A DNA stretch of 64,000 nt from an uncultured Arcobacter sp. (GCA_965140705.1 OZ223300.1:1504001-1568000); one strand, 5' to 3'. Counted from the first letter of the stretch, positions 29,667 through 39,547 are shown. Notes: generated from the letters alone by a model not told the origin. A program made the numbers and translations.

Positions 29667-30604
29667 TTAATCGCATTTTGGTATTTTGTAAATAAAAACA
29701 AACCAACTATAATAAGGGTAAGTCCTACAATCGAAGTAAGATTTAATGACCCACTTCCTAAAAACACTATTCCCCCAATAAGTGCAAAAACTACTTCACT
29801 TGCTTGTGTAGCATCAACAGCAGCTATCTCATTTGAATCTTTAGCTATATTTCTAGCATATAAAAATATTGAAGTAGCAAAAACACCAGAAAATAAAGCT
29901 ACAAGAGCAGTATTGAATACTTGAGATTCACTAGGCATATTTGGCTGAATAATTGCTATTAAAATAAACCATAAAGGTAAAGAGCCAAGAGAGAGTAAAA
30001 AAACTTTATTAAAAGCATTATTTAATAACTTTGATTTTATTTGTGGTACATTTTTATGATTTCCATTTTTTGCTTCCCAAACAAGCTGATTTCCAATGGG
30101 ATAACAAAATGAAGCAATAAGAATAGGAAAACCACCCAATAATAAAGCTTTTAAATCAAAAGACTCCATATGAGATAGATTTACTAAACAAACACCGATA
30201 AATACAAGTGCAGAAAAAAACCAAATTTTCTTAGGAAATTTTTTACCAAAAAACATCAATATAAAAAGTGTTGCTACAACTGTAAATTGCCAAGTAGCAG
30301 CTATAACCCAACCCGGAGAAAAGTCAGCACTAAAACAAATCAAGGCATAAAAAAATCCAAAACCAATAGTTCCACTTATTGTCCAAAAGATATAATTAGA
30401 TATATATAGTTTACAAACATCAATAACTCTTTGTATTCCACCTTGAAATAGTAAAACAAAAAATAAAAATAAAATCATAAAAAAGTATCTAAGTGATGCA
30501 GACCAAAGCCAATGTCCACCAGATACACTCATAAGTTCATTTAAAACAAAAGTTGTACTAAAAAAGGCACCTGCAATAATTCCCAAAACAATTAATTTAA
30601 ACAT
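29663..30604 (-). CDS. DMT-superfamily putative efflux transporter (YjlA-like)
   Basis: FFSTTFVLN, GGHWLWSASLRY, ATWQFT, YPIGN, AVDATQASEV; about 10 TMs. Confidence 0.8.
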   Translation of the reverse strand: MFKLIVLGIIAGAFFSTTFVLNELMSVSGGHWLWSASLRYFFMILFLFFVLLFQGGIQRVIDVCKLYISNYIFWTISGTIGFGFFYALICFSADFSPGWVIAATWQFTVVATLFILMFFGKKFPKKIWFFSALVFIGVCLVNLSHMESFDLKALLLGGFPILIASFCYPIGNQLVWEAKNGNHKNVPQIKSKLLNNAFNKVFLLSLGSLPLWFILIAIIQPNMPSESQVFNTALVALFSGVFATSIFLYARNIAKDSNEIAAVDATQASEVVFALIGGIVFLGSGSLNLTSIVGLTLIIVGLFLFTKYQNAIK

Positions 30605-30700
30605 TAATATATCCAATAAAATAATTTTTATGAAGTCTAACACAATGTCACTTTATCTTTTTTGTGTTATAGTACTAAAAAATTTAATAGTGGCTATAAA

Positions 30701-31393
30701 ATGAAAACAATAGGATTATTAGGCGGTATGAGTTGGGAGAGTACTGCTTTATATTATAAACAGATAAATGAAGAAATAAAAAATAAATTAGGCTCTTTGC
30801 ACTCCGCAAAAATGGTTATATATAGTGTTGATTTTGATGAAATTGAAAAGTTACAACATAGTGGAGAGTGGGATAAAACAGCTGAGATTTTATCTGTAGC
30901 TGCACAAAATATAGAAAAAGCAAGTGCTGATTTTCTATTAATATGTACAAATACTATGCATAAGGTTGCTCCACAAATTCAAAAAAATATAAATATTCCA
31001 ATAGTGCATATTGCAGATACAACTGCAAAGGTTTTGATAAAAGATAATATAAAAAAAGTAGGACTTCTAGCTACAGCTTTTACTATGCGTGAGGAATTTT
31101 ATAAAAATAGGATTAGGGAAAACTTTGGTATAGAAGTTCTTGTTCCAAGTGAAGAAGATATAAATATTGTGCATAAAGTTATATATGAAGAATTGTGTCT
31201 TGGTCTTATAAATGAAGAGTCTAGAAAAGAGTATTTAAAAATTATTGATAAATTAGTATCAAATGGTGCAGAAGCTATTATATTAGGTTGTACAGAGATA
31301 TGTATGTTGATTTCATCAAAAGATACTGATGTAAAACTTTATGATACTACTAAAATACACGCATTAGAAGCTGTAAATTTAGCTTTAAAGTAA
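30701..31393 (+). CDS. aspartate/glutamate racemase family protein (YgeA/RacX-like)
   Basis: MKTIGLLGGMSWEST, ICTNTMH, ILGCTEI. Confidence 0.9.
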   Translation: MKTIGLLGGMSWESTALYYKQINEEIKNKLGSLHSAKMVIYSVDFDEIEKLQHSGEWDKTAEILSVAAQNIEKASADFLLICTNTMHKVAPQIQKNINIPIVHIADTTAKVLIKDNIKKVGLLATAFTMREEFYKNRIRENFGIEVLVPSEEDINIVHKVIYEELCLGLINEESRKEYLKIIDKLVSNGAEAIILGCTEICMLISSKDTDVKLYDTTKIHALEAVNLALK

Positions 31394-31405
31394 ATAGGAG
31401 AAAAT

Positions 31406-32059
31406 ATGAATAAAATAATATCAAAAATCCTTTCTTTGAAAATAGGAAAAGGAAAAGAGTTAAAAAATAAAGAAAAAGTAATACAATCAGCCATAAATAA
31501 AACAACTGTAGAAGAGGCATATCTTACAGATATAGGATTTAAAGGTGATGACCAAGTTCATAAAGAGTATCATGGTGGACCAAACAAAGCAATACTTTTT
31601 TACTCTTCTTTGACATATGATAAAGTAAATGAAGTATTGAATATAAATTTAGACTATAAAGATATCTCACCTTTGGGTGAAAATTTACTTGTATCAGATA
31701 TTACTGAAGATGATATTTGTGTGGGAGATATTTTAAAGTTAGGAGTTGCTGTTGTTCAAGTAACACAACCAAGAGAACCTTGTAATGTATTAAATATAAA
31801 TACAAAAACAAAAGAGATGTTAAAAACTGTAATTAAATATGGATATACAGGTTGGTATGCAAAAGTTTTAGAAGAGGGAATTGTAAAACAAACTGATAGT
31901 GTAGAACTTGTTGAAAGAATATACCCAAATCTAACAATTAAAAAGTTAAACGAAGCAAAAGCAAATCCAAAAGAAAATCTTGATTTTATACAAGAAGCTG
32001 TATCTTGTGAAGTATTAGGAACACCTTTTAAAAAGGCTTTAGAAAAACATTTAGGATAA
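31406..32059 (+). CDS. MOSC-domain protein (YiiM-like)
   Basis: GDDQ...HGG..KA, GENL, QPREPC, TGWY.KVL. Confidence 0.88.
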   Translation: MNKIISKILSLKIGKGKELKNKEKVIQSAINKTTVEEAYLTDIGFKGDDQVHKEYHGGPNKAILFYSSLTYDKVNEVLNINLDYKDISPLGENLLVSDITEDDICVGDILKLGVAVVQVTQPREPCNVLNINTKTKEMLKTVIKYGYTGWYAKVLEEGIVKQTDSVELVERIYPNLTIKKLNEAKANPKENLDFIQEAVSCEVLGTPFKKALEKHLG

Positions 32060-32066
32060 AATAGTT

Positions 32067-32297
32067 TTAAACTATTTTATCTACTTCATAATCATAGCAA
32101 TCTTTTATATTACTATATTCAAAATCTTTATATTCATTTGAAATAATCTCATAGTTGAGTCTTGTTAATTCTTCATTGAGACTAGTTTTTGAAAAGTCTA
32201 TAGAAAGTAACTTTGGAAAATTATCAATTATATTTCCAATAGTTGTAATACTATCAAAACTATTTGGGTCAAAAGGGGCTTTGCTTTTTTTACTCAT
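32067..32297 (-). CDS. small hypothetical protein
   Basis: AAGGA RBS, 76-aa open frame; no family recognised. Confidence 0.6.
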   Translation of the reverse strand: MSKKSKAPFDPNSFDSITTIGNIIDNFPKLLSIDFSKTSLNEELTRLNYEIISNEYKDFEYSNIKDCYDYEVDKIV

Positions 32298-32338
32298 AAA
32301 TATCCTTATTTGTAGTATATTTATTTAGTATGCATTTT

Positions 32339-33493
32339 TCATTCTTTTGATTTCAATCTAGCCTTTAACTCTTTTGCTGCTAGGGCATAACCACCATTTG
32401 AACTATCCACAAAGTGAATATGTTTCCCATGTCTTTCAAAAATAAGACAAGTCATAAGTGCAGAGTCTGATTTGTGTATTCCATATACTAAATTGCCATT
32501 TTGAAACTCTTGTTCTAAATACTCTTCAAGTTTTTTTGTTTGAGTTTTATTTGTAGAAATTACCATTCTAAGCATATCATCAAACTTCTCTGTATCAGTT
32601 GTTCTTATAACTCTATTTTTGTAATCACTCCATTGTCCCTTGGAATATTTCATAAGAAGAACTCCAAGTAAATTTTCAATAAGTAGTCGCAATATTAAAA
32701 AAAATCTAGAAAAAATATTTGAAGCAAAAACTGAAGCTTCTGCATTTAAAACCATAGGATTAAAAGATATAATGAGTTGATCTATCTCTTTTATGGGATT
32801 TCTTTGTATATAAGAACCTGCAATTTCATGAATCTTATTTAAAGTATTTTGATAAATTTCATTTGATTTTTCAGGGTTTGTACTTTTGATTAACAAAGAA
32901 CTTGTTTCATCTTTGGGACTTTTTATATCTTCCCAACGACACTCTAATCCAACAAAATCAGCAGTATAGTTAAAATTAAAGTTTTCATCTATTTTAAAAT
33001 TTTTGTATTCATTCTTTAGTAAATACTCGGCAAGTTCTAGACCATTTCCCCTGACTATTGCTTGTGTAAAATCTTTAGAAACTTTGAATTTTGTAACTTC
33101 TATAACTGAGCCTCTTTTTTCAATCTCTTTTATATTAATAATTCCAACTCTTAAATCCAAGTCAAATGCTTCTTTTGCTTTTTTAGCAGTTTCTAGTAAA
33201 ACAACTTTAGCTCTATCCACTAAAGTAGGGGGTATAATTAAACTTGCCCCATCTCCTCCGAATATATATGGAAATTCTAAACTTTTATCTATATTTAATA
33301 CCCCAATAATAGTAAGGGCAGCCACAAAATTTACTTTTTTGTACATACCTTCTTCTATAGCTTTTGTAGAATCAACAATATCAGAGACTAATACAAACCA
33401 ATCATCTGGAACCTTATGGTAATTATCATTATTCATAATTAAAGAGAAATCTTTTATCTCTTTAATTTCCTTATAAAAACTATTTGTACTCAT
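32339..33493 (-). CDS. DUF3095-family protein
   Basis: VPDDW.V.VSDIVDST.AI..G.YK.VN, FGGDGA, GLECRW, KFDDMLRM, HFVD...GGYALAA. Confidence 0.8.
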   Translation of the reverse strand: MSTNSFYKEIKEIKDFSLIMNNDNYHKVPDDWFVLVSDIVDSTKAIEEGMYKKVNFVAALTIIGVLNIDKSLEFPYIFGGDGASLIIPPTLVDRAKVVLLETAKKAKEAFDLDLRVGIINIKEIEKRGSVIEVTKFKVSKDFTQAIVRGNGLELAEYLLKNEYKNFKIDENFNFNYTADFVGLECRWEDIKSPKDETSSLLIKSTNPEKSNEIYQNTLNKIHEIAGSYIQRNPIKEIDQLIISFNPMVLNAEASVFASNIFSRFFLILRLLIENLLGVLLMKYSKGQWSDYKNRVIRTTDTEKFDDMLRMVISTNKTQTKKLEEYLEQEFQNGNLVYGIHKSDSALMTCLIFERHGKHIHFVDSSNGGYALAAKELKARLKSKE

Positions 33494-33497
33494 GGTA

Positions 33498-33869
33498 TTA
33501 TTTACAAAGATTTGTTTTGCATTGATCTTTACCAGTTATTTCACCACACTCTTCAACATATGATATTCCCCATTTATACATCTCTTCTAATACTGGTTTT
33601 AGCCTTTTACCACATTCGGTTAGGCTATATACTACTTTTGGAGGAACTTCTGCATATACTTCTCTATGTATAATTTTTTTCTCTTCTAACTCTTTTAATT
33701 TAATAGTTAATGTTTTTTGAGTTATTTCACATACAGTTTCATGTAAATCTTTAAATCGCATGTCCCCATCTAATAAGTGCCAAATTATTCCCAATTTCCA
33801 TCTGTCATTAAATATGTCAAGAGTAACTGAAACTGAGCATTTATACTCTTTGTCATTTATATAATACAT
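33498..33869 (-). CDS. HxlR-family winged-helix transcriptional regulator
   Basis: YKCSV...RWK, ITQKTLT..LKELE, REVYAEVPPKVVYSLT; start ATG 33869 after AAGGA. Confidence 0.9.
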   Translation of the reverse strand: MYYINDKEYKCSVSVTLDIFNDRWKLGIIWHLLDGDMRFKDLHETVCEITQKTLTIKLKELEEKKIIHREVYAEVPPKVVYSLTECGKRLKPVLEEMYKWGISYVEECGEITGKDQCKTNLCK

Positions 33870-33920
33870 CTTAAATCCTTTTCTTATTTTTATTATATCA
33901 TAAAGTTTATAAATTACCAT

Positions 33921-33940
33921 TACTTTACTTTAGGTAAGTA
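33921..33940. promoter_or_regulatory. candidate HxlR operator in the divergent promoter region
   Basis: TACTTTAC-TTTAG-GTAAGTA imperfect inverted repeat between the divergent -10 boxes. Confidence 0.4.
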
Positions 33941-33998
33941 AGAGTAATTTAAGTTTACTGTGTATATAATTCTCATATTGACTCATTAAGGAGAATAA

Positions 33999-34580
33999 AT
34001 GAAAAAAGTATTAATTTTAAACGGACATCAATTTTATAAAAATGTGGCAGAAGGAAATCTAACAAACAGTTTTATAAATAAAGCAAATGAGTTTTTTACT
34101 AAAAATGGATTTGAAGTAAAACAAACACATATTGAAAAAGGTTATGATAAAGAAGAAGAGATAGAAAAGTTTGAATGGGCTGATTATATTTTATTTCAAT
34201 ATCCAGTTTATTGGATGGGGCTTCCTTGGATAGCAAAAAAATATATAGATGAGACATTTACACAAGGACGACATTATGCAAGTGATGGAAGAAGCAGAGA
34301 TAATGCCTCAAAATTATATGGAAGTGGTGGATTACTAACAGGTAAAAAATATATGTTATCTTTAACTTATAATTGTCCTGAGTCTGCTTTTAATAACAAA
34401 AATAGTCTATTTGATGGAATGTCTTTAGACCAAGCTCATGTTGCAGTTCATAAAACTTTTCAATTTTGTGGACTAGATGCCCTTGAAACATATGCAGTAC
34501 ATGACATTTTCAAAGGTGATTTAAACTTAGATGCAGAATTAGAAAAATTTGAAAAAATTTTAACTAAAAACTTTTTATAA
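33999..34580 (+). CDS. mdaB: flavodoxin-fold NAD(P)H:quinone oxidoreductase (MdaB-like)
   Basis: QYPVYWMGLPW..KKYIDE, SDGRSR....YGSGG, YMLSLTYN.P. Confidence 0.82.
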   Translation: MKKVLILNGHQFYKNVAEGNLTNSFINKANEFFTKNGFEVKQTHIEKGYDKEEEIEKFEWADYILFQYPVYWMGLPWIAKKYIDETFTQGRHYASDGRSRDNASKLYGSGGLLTGKKYMLSLTYNCPESAFNNKNSLFDGMSLDQAHVAVHKTFQFCGLDALETYAVHDIFKGDLNLDAELEKFEKILTKNFL

Positions 34581-34595
34581 AATATTGGAGTAATT

Positions 34596-35345
34596 ATGAA
34601 TGAAATTATAAAACAATTAGGTAGTAGAAAATCAATAAGACAATTTACAGGTGAAATTGTAAGCCAAGAAGACCTTGAACTTATTATAAAAACAGCACAA
34701 AGATGTCCAACTTCTATAAATGGGCAACAAATATCTTTAGTATATACAAGAGATAAAGATAAAATAAAACAAATAGCAGAATTTTGTGGTGGACAACAAC
34801 AAGTGGCAACAGCTGATGTATTTATTTTTGTATGTGTTGACTTTAATAGAACTATTTTTGCAGTTGAGCAAACTGGAGAAGAACATCAAATTGATAAATC
34901 AGCTGAGGGTATACTTGTGGGTGCTGTTGATGCTGGAATCATGTTAAATGCAATACAAATAAGTGCAGAATCATTAGGATACGGTACAACTGCAATTGGT
35001 GCTGTTAGAAATGAACCAGCTGCTATAATTGAGTTATTAGGACTTCCACCAAAAACATTTCCAATCGTAGGAACTACTATTGGAGTACCTACAAAAGAAG
35101 CAAAAGATGCTCCTTTGAAACCTAGAATTCCAATAGATAGTTTTGCTTTTGAAGATAAATATGATGACAAAAAAGTAAAAGATGGTGTTTTATTATATGA
35201 AAAACAGATGAAAAAATTCAGAGTTGATAATAATATGAACTATTTACAATCATATTGTGAGCAAACTGCAAGCTATTATAAAAATATCTATTTTAGAAAA
35301 ATTGAAGAAAACTATACAAAACAAGGTTTTGCATTTAAAGATTAA
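34596..35345 (+). CDS. NfsA/Frp-family nitroreductase / flavin reductase
   Basis: RKSIRQF, PTSINGQ, VDAG, GYGTTAIGAVRN, KPRIP. Confidence 0.85.
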   Translation: MNEIIKQLGSRKSIRQFTGEIVSQEDLELIIKTAQRCPTSINGQQISLVYTRDKDKIKQIAEFCGGQQQVATADVFIFVCVDFNRTIFAVEQTGEEHQIDKSAEGILVGAVDAGIMLNAIQISAESLGYGTTAIGAVRNEPAAIIELLGLPPKTFPIVGTTIGVPTKEAKDAPLKPRIPIDSFAFEDKYDDKKVKDGVLLYEKQMKKFRVDNNMNYLQSYCEQTASYYKNIYFRKIEENYTKQGFAFKD

Positions 35346-35357
35346 AAAGGAAATATA

Positions 35358-36377
35358 ATGGAAACAAATACAATGAAGGCAATTAGACAGTATGAGTTTG
35401 GTGGTCCTGAAGTATTACATTATGAAGATGCACCTATCCCTGAACTTAAATCAGGTGAAGTTCTTGTTCAGGTTCATGCAGTTGGTATCAACCCACCTGA
35501 TTTGTATTTACGGGATGGATATAAGATGCTTCCTCCTGAATGGCAACCAAAGGTCTCTTTTCCTATTATTCTTGGAACGGATATTTCAGGCGTTGTTAAA
35601 GCGGTTGCTGATGATGTGAAAAACTTTACAATTGGTGATGAAGTTTATGCTATGGTTCGTTTTCCTGAAGGACTTGCTGGTGAGAGTAGAGCCTATGCAG
35701 AATATGTTAACGTTCCAGCATCAGAACTTGCAATCAAACCAAATAATATCAGTCATGTGCATGCTGCTGGTGCTCCTATGTCACTACTAACAGCATGGCA
35801 GTTCATGATTGAACTTGGACATAATCATCCTAATCCACTTCAAGCAAATAAGCATGAACCTGTGCCATTAGAGGGGAAAACAGTTCTTATAAATGGTGCA
35901 GCCGGTGGTGTAGGACATTTTGCAGTACAATTAGCTAAATGGAAAGGTGCACGAGTAATTGCAGTAGCATCTGGTAAGCATGAGGCATTATTATATGATC
36001 TTGGTGCGGATGAATTTATTGATTATACAAAAACAACTCCAGAAGATGTTATCCGTGATATTGATCTTGTTATTGACACCATTGGTGGAGAAAAAACTGG
36101 TCGTTTTTTACGTACACTTAAACAAGGTGGTTCTTTATTCCCAATCTTTCCTTTAGGTTTCTCAGGTACAGAAGAAGCAAAGAAGTTAGGTGTTAAAATC
36201 TCATCAGTTCAAGTACGATCAAGTGGAATACAGCTCACAAAATTAAGAGACTTACTTGATGATGGAACGATTCGTGTTGTGATTGATAGTACTTACCCTC
36301 TTATTGATGCTAAAAAGGCACATGAACGAGCAACTCTTGGACATATTCAAGGTAAGATTGTTCTTACTGTCTCATGA
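35358..36377 (+). CDS. NADP-dependent MDR oxidoreductase (zinc-independent, quinone-oxidoreductase-like)
   Basis: GGPEVL, GINPPD, GTDISGVV, INGAAGGVGHFAVQLAK, GKIVL. Confidence 0.88.
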   Translation: METNTMKAIRQYEFGGPEVLHYEDAPIPELKSGEVLVQVHAVGINPPDLYLRDGYKMLPPEWQPKVSFPIILGTDISGVVKAVADDVKNFTIGDEVYAMVRFPEGLAGESRAYAEYVNVPASELAIKPNNISHVHAAGAPMSLLTAWQFMIELGHNHPNPLQANKHEPVPLEGKTVLINGAAGGVGHFAVQLAKWKGARVIAVASGKHEALLYDLGADEFIDYTKTTPEDVIRDIDLVIDTIGGEKTGRFLRTLKQGGSLFPIFPLGFSGTEEAKKLGVKISSVQVRSSGIQLTKLRDLLDDGTIRVVIDSTYPLIDAKKAHERATLGHIQGKIVLTVS

Positions 36378-36423
36378 TGTAACAAAAAATATACAAAGTT
36401 TAAAAACTGAAAAAAGGAATATT

Positions 36424-36543
36424 ATGAAAAATATAGTAATCGTAGCTAACATTAAAGTAAAAGATGAATTTAAAGATGAAGTTTACAATGAACTCCTAAA
36501 ATTACACAAAGCAATTCATAAACATGATGAGGGTTGTATTTAA
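36424..36543 (+). pseudogene. truncated putative quinol monooxygenase (ABM/YgiN-like)
   Basis: AAGGA RBS, then MKNIVIVANIKVKDEFKDEV...HDEGCI*YD; stop lies where GCxxY continues in intact ABM proteins. Confidence 0.65.
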
Positions 36544-36544
36544 T

Positions 36545-36847
36545 ATGATTATTGCAATTGTAAAAGCAAAAATAAAAAATAATAAACATGATGAGCTAAG
36601 AAAAATAGCAAATATTTTACAGTATGAATATGTAGTAAAGGAAAAAGGTTGTGAACAATATGAGTCATTTATTGATGGTGATACTTTTATCACCATTGAA
36701 AGATGGAATTCTCAAGAATCACTTGATTTACACCTTGAGGCTGAGCATGTAAAAGTTTATGTACCTAAGTTAAAAGAGTGTGTGGTTGAGGAAACATTTG
36801 ATGTGCAATTTATAAAAAGTGATGATGTTTCTTTCATAAAAATATAA
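36545..36847 (+). CDS. putative quinol monooxygenase (ABM family)
   Basis: EKGCEQYE, FITIERWNSQESLDLHL.AEH; start ATG 36545. Confidence 0.8.
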   Translation: MIIAIVKAKIKNNKHDELRKIANILQYEYVVKEKGCEQYESFIDGDTFITIERWNSQESLDLHLEAEHVKVYVPKLKECVVEETFDVQFIKSDDVSFIKI

Positions 36848-36866
36848 AAAGATTTAAAGGAAATTT

Positions 36867-37895
36867 ATGAGCTTACTATTTACAGAGGGACAAATAGGGA
36901 ATTTGAAATTAAAAAATAGAATAGTTATGCCTCCTATGTGTATGTATTCAAGTGATAATAGTGGTGAATTAAAAACTTTTCACAAAGGACATTATTTAGC
37001 AAGAGCCATTGGTGGTATTGGTCTTATTATTTTTGAAGCAACAGCAATTGAGCCAAGAGGAAGAATCTCTTCAAAAGATTTAGGTCTTTGGGATGATTCT
37101 TTAATTGAAGCACATAAAATATTAAATGAACAAATTCATTCATTTGGAGCAAAAACAGCTATCCAGCTTGCCCATGCAGGTAGAAAATGTAATGTTGAAG
37201 ATGAAACTCCTATTGCACCAAGTGCAATTGCCTTTAGTGACAATAAACCTTTTAAAATGCCAAAAGCTGCAACATTAGAGGATATAAAAAATATAAAAGA
37301 GTTATTTGTAAATGCAGCACTTAGAGCAAAAGAAGCTGATTATGATGCAATTGAACTTCATGGTGCACATGGATATTTTTTATGTGAATTTTTATCACCA
37401 TTAAGCAATTTAAGAGATGATATTTATGGTGGAAGTTTAGAAAATAGATGTAGATTACTTTTAGAAACAGCAAAAGAGATTAAAGAAAAAGTTGATTTAC
37501 CTTTGATTGTAAGAATAAGTGCTGATGAATGGATGAATGAAGGTTGGAATATAGAAGACTCAATTTATCTATCAAAAGAGCTTGAAAAAGTAGGAGTTGA
37601 TTCCATACATGTTTCATCTGGTGGAAATCAAGAAAAACCAAATAAACCAATAGAATTAAAACCTATGTATCAAGCTGATTTTGCAAAAGAGATAAAAGAA
37701 GAGGTAAATATTCCTGTAATTGCTGTTGGACTAATTACAACAGCACAAGAAGGTGAAAAACTTTTAGAAGAAAGGTATTGTGATTTTGTTGCATATGGTA
37801 GAGAATTATTACGTTCTCCTAATTTTGCATTTCTTGCAGCAAATGAATTTAACAAAAAAGAGTTAATAAACTCTTCATATATGAGGGCATTTTAG
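36867..37895 (+). CDS. NADH:flavin oxidoreductase, Old Yellow Enzyme (NamA/YqjM-like)
   Basis: NRIVMPPMCMYS, QLAHAGRK, ELHGAHGY, YGGSLENR, GRELLR.P. Confidence 0.9.
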   Translation: MSLLFTEGQIGNLKLKNRIVMPPMCMYSSDNSGELKTFHKGHYLARAIGGIGLIIFEATAIEPRGRISSKDLGLWDDSLIEAHKILNEQIHSFGAKTAIQLAHAGRKCNVEDETPIAPSAIAFSDNKPFKMPKAATLEDIKNIKELFVNAALRAKEADYDAIELHGAHGYFLCEFLSPLSNLRDDIYGGSLENRCRLLLETAKEIKEKVDLPLIVRISADEWMNEGWNIEDSIYLSKELEKVGVDSIHVSSGGNQEKPNKPIELKPMYQADFAKEIKEEVNIPVIAVGLITTAQEGEKLLEERYCDFVAYGRELLRSPNFAFLAANEFNKKELINSSYMRAF

Positions 37896-38818
37896 TGCAT
37901 AAAGAAGAAAATAAAACCAAATATTTTGTTGGTATGTTAATAGCTATGTTACTTTGGGGAGTTGCATGGACTTCTGGAAAAGCAGCAGTCGAACATTCAA
38001 ATATACAGGTAGCTTCATTTTGGAGATATACTATTTCTTTTATAGGAATGATACCAGTTATGATTTATATGAAAAGAACTTTGAAAACTGACTTTTTAGG
38101 ATATTTTTATATGATTTTAGCTGGATTATTAAGTGCAGCTTTTAGTTATTTATTCTTTGCAGGTCTTGCACATGGAGAAGCTGGATATGGAGGAACTATG
38201 GTTACATCATTGGTTCCTTTACTTACATATTTTTTATCTATTTTGCTTTTTGGTACAAGAGTATCAGCAAAACAAGTATTTGCTTTAGGTATTGGTGTAT
38301 TTGGAGCTATTATTTTGCTTCGTATTCCAATGGAGGGATTAGGCTTTTTAAATCTTGATAGTATATATTTTTTAGTCTGTGCTATTGTTTGGTCTTTTGT
38401 TACAGTTCTAACACAAAAGGCTTCAAAAAGAGTTGACCCTATGTTTTACACTTTAGTAATCTTTGGTGTAACTGCTTTTACAAATATGATTATTGCCTTA
38501 CCACATCATCCTTTTGAAATAGGATTATATGATTCAGTATTTTGGTTAAATATTTTATTTGTAGGATTATTTTCTGGAACTTTTGCAATGGCAATATTTT
38601 TTGCAAGTGCTAGTAGAATTGGTGCACATAATACGGGTGTATTTATGTTTATAGTTCCAGTTGGTGCAATAATATCAAGTTATTTTGCCTATGATGAAAA
38701 AATAGCATCTTCTACAATAATAGGTTGTTTATTATCACTGACAGCTGTTATATTATTCAATAAAAAAAGTAAACTTGAAAAACTAAAATTAAAAGAGGCC
38801 CAATTAGGAATTGAGTAG
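37895..38818 (+). CDS. EamA/DMT-family transporter
   Basis: About 10 TMs, AMLLWG..W..GK, two EamA-like halves. Confidence 0.82.
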   Translation: MHKEENKTKYFVGMLIAMLLWGVAWTSGKAAVEHSNIQVASFWRYTISFIGMIPVMIYMKRTLKTDFLGYFYMILAGLLSAAFSYLFFAGLAHGEAGYGGTMVTSLVPLLTYFLSILLFGTRVSAKQVFALGIGVFGAIILLRIPMEGLGFLNLDSIYFLVCAIVWSFVTVLTQKASKRVDPMFYTLVIFGVTAFTNMIIALPHHPFEIGLYDSVFWLNILFVGLFSGTFAMAIFFASASRIGAHNTGVFMFIVPVGAIISSYFAYDEKIASSTIIGCLLSLTAVILFNKKSKLEKLKLKEAQLGIE

Positions 38819-38893
38819 TTTTTTATAATTGATTAAAAAACTTACTATAAAATAACATTTTTTAATGTATAAAATTAATTTAAAGGAATAATT

Positions 38894-39523
38894 ATGGAAA
38901 AAACATTTATGGAAGCTATGGATTTTAGACATGCGTGTAAGATTTTTGATGAGACAAAAAAGGTTAGTGATGAGGATATGCATTTTATATTAGAAGCTGG
39001 AAGAAAATCGCCTTCTTCATTTGGTATGGAAGCTTGGAAATTTTTAGTTATAACAAATGAAGAATTAAAAGCAAAATTAAGACCTTTTTGTTGGGATCAA
39101 CCTCAAATTACTACTTGTTCTCATTTAGTAATTGTCTTAGCAGGAATTGAAGGTGTTAAACCAGAAAGTGGAATCCCTGAAAAAAGATTTGCTAGACGTG
39201 AAATGCCTAAAGAAAAATTAGATTTTTATTTAGAATTATATGCAAATCATTTAAAAGAGACTTTAAGTAATGATAAAAATATCTATTCTTGGACAGCAAG
39301 ACAAACATTTATTGCCTTAGGTAATATGATGACAGCAGGAGCTATAAGAGGAATTGATTCTTGTCCTATTGAAGGTTTTGATAAAGAGGGTGTTGAGGGT
39401 GTATTGGGTCTTGATACTTCAAAATACCAATTAACTTGTGTACTTCCTTTTGGATATAGAATTAATGAACAATCAACACAATTAAGAGAAAAATTTGAAG
39501 ATATAGTTGAATTTATAAAATAA
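38894..39523 (+). CDS. NfsB-like NAD(P)H nitroreductase
   Basis: FRHACKIFD, SPSSFGMEAWKF, GIDSCPIEGF, FGYR. Confidence 0.88.
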   Translation: MEKTFMEAMDFRHACKIFDETKKVSDEDMHFILEAGRKSPSSFGMEAWKFLVITNEELKAKLRPFCWDQPQITTCSHLVIVLAGIEGVKPESGIPEKRFARREMPKEKLDFYLELYANHLKETLSNDKNIYSWTARQTFIALGNMMTAGAIRGIDSCPIEGFDKEGVEGVLGLDTSKYQLTCVLPFGYRINEQSTQLREKFEDIVEFIK

Positions 39524-39547
39524 AAAGCTAGTAATACTAGCTTTTTA
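39521..39547 (+). terminator. intrinsic terminator
   Basis: TAAAAAGCTAGTA-A-TACTAGCTTTTTA inverted repeat. Confidence 0.75.

Noticed and set aside
36283..36423. N-terminal extension of the 86-aa ORF 36283-36543
   Set aside because: Overlaps the MDR gene out of frame; the RBS and ABM-like sequence start at 36424
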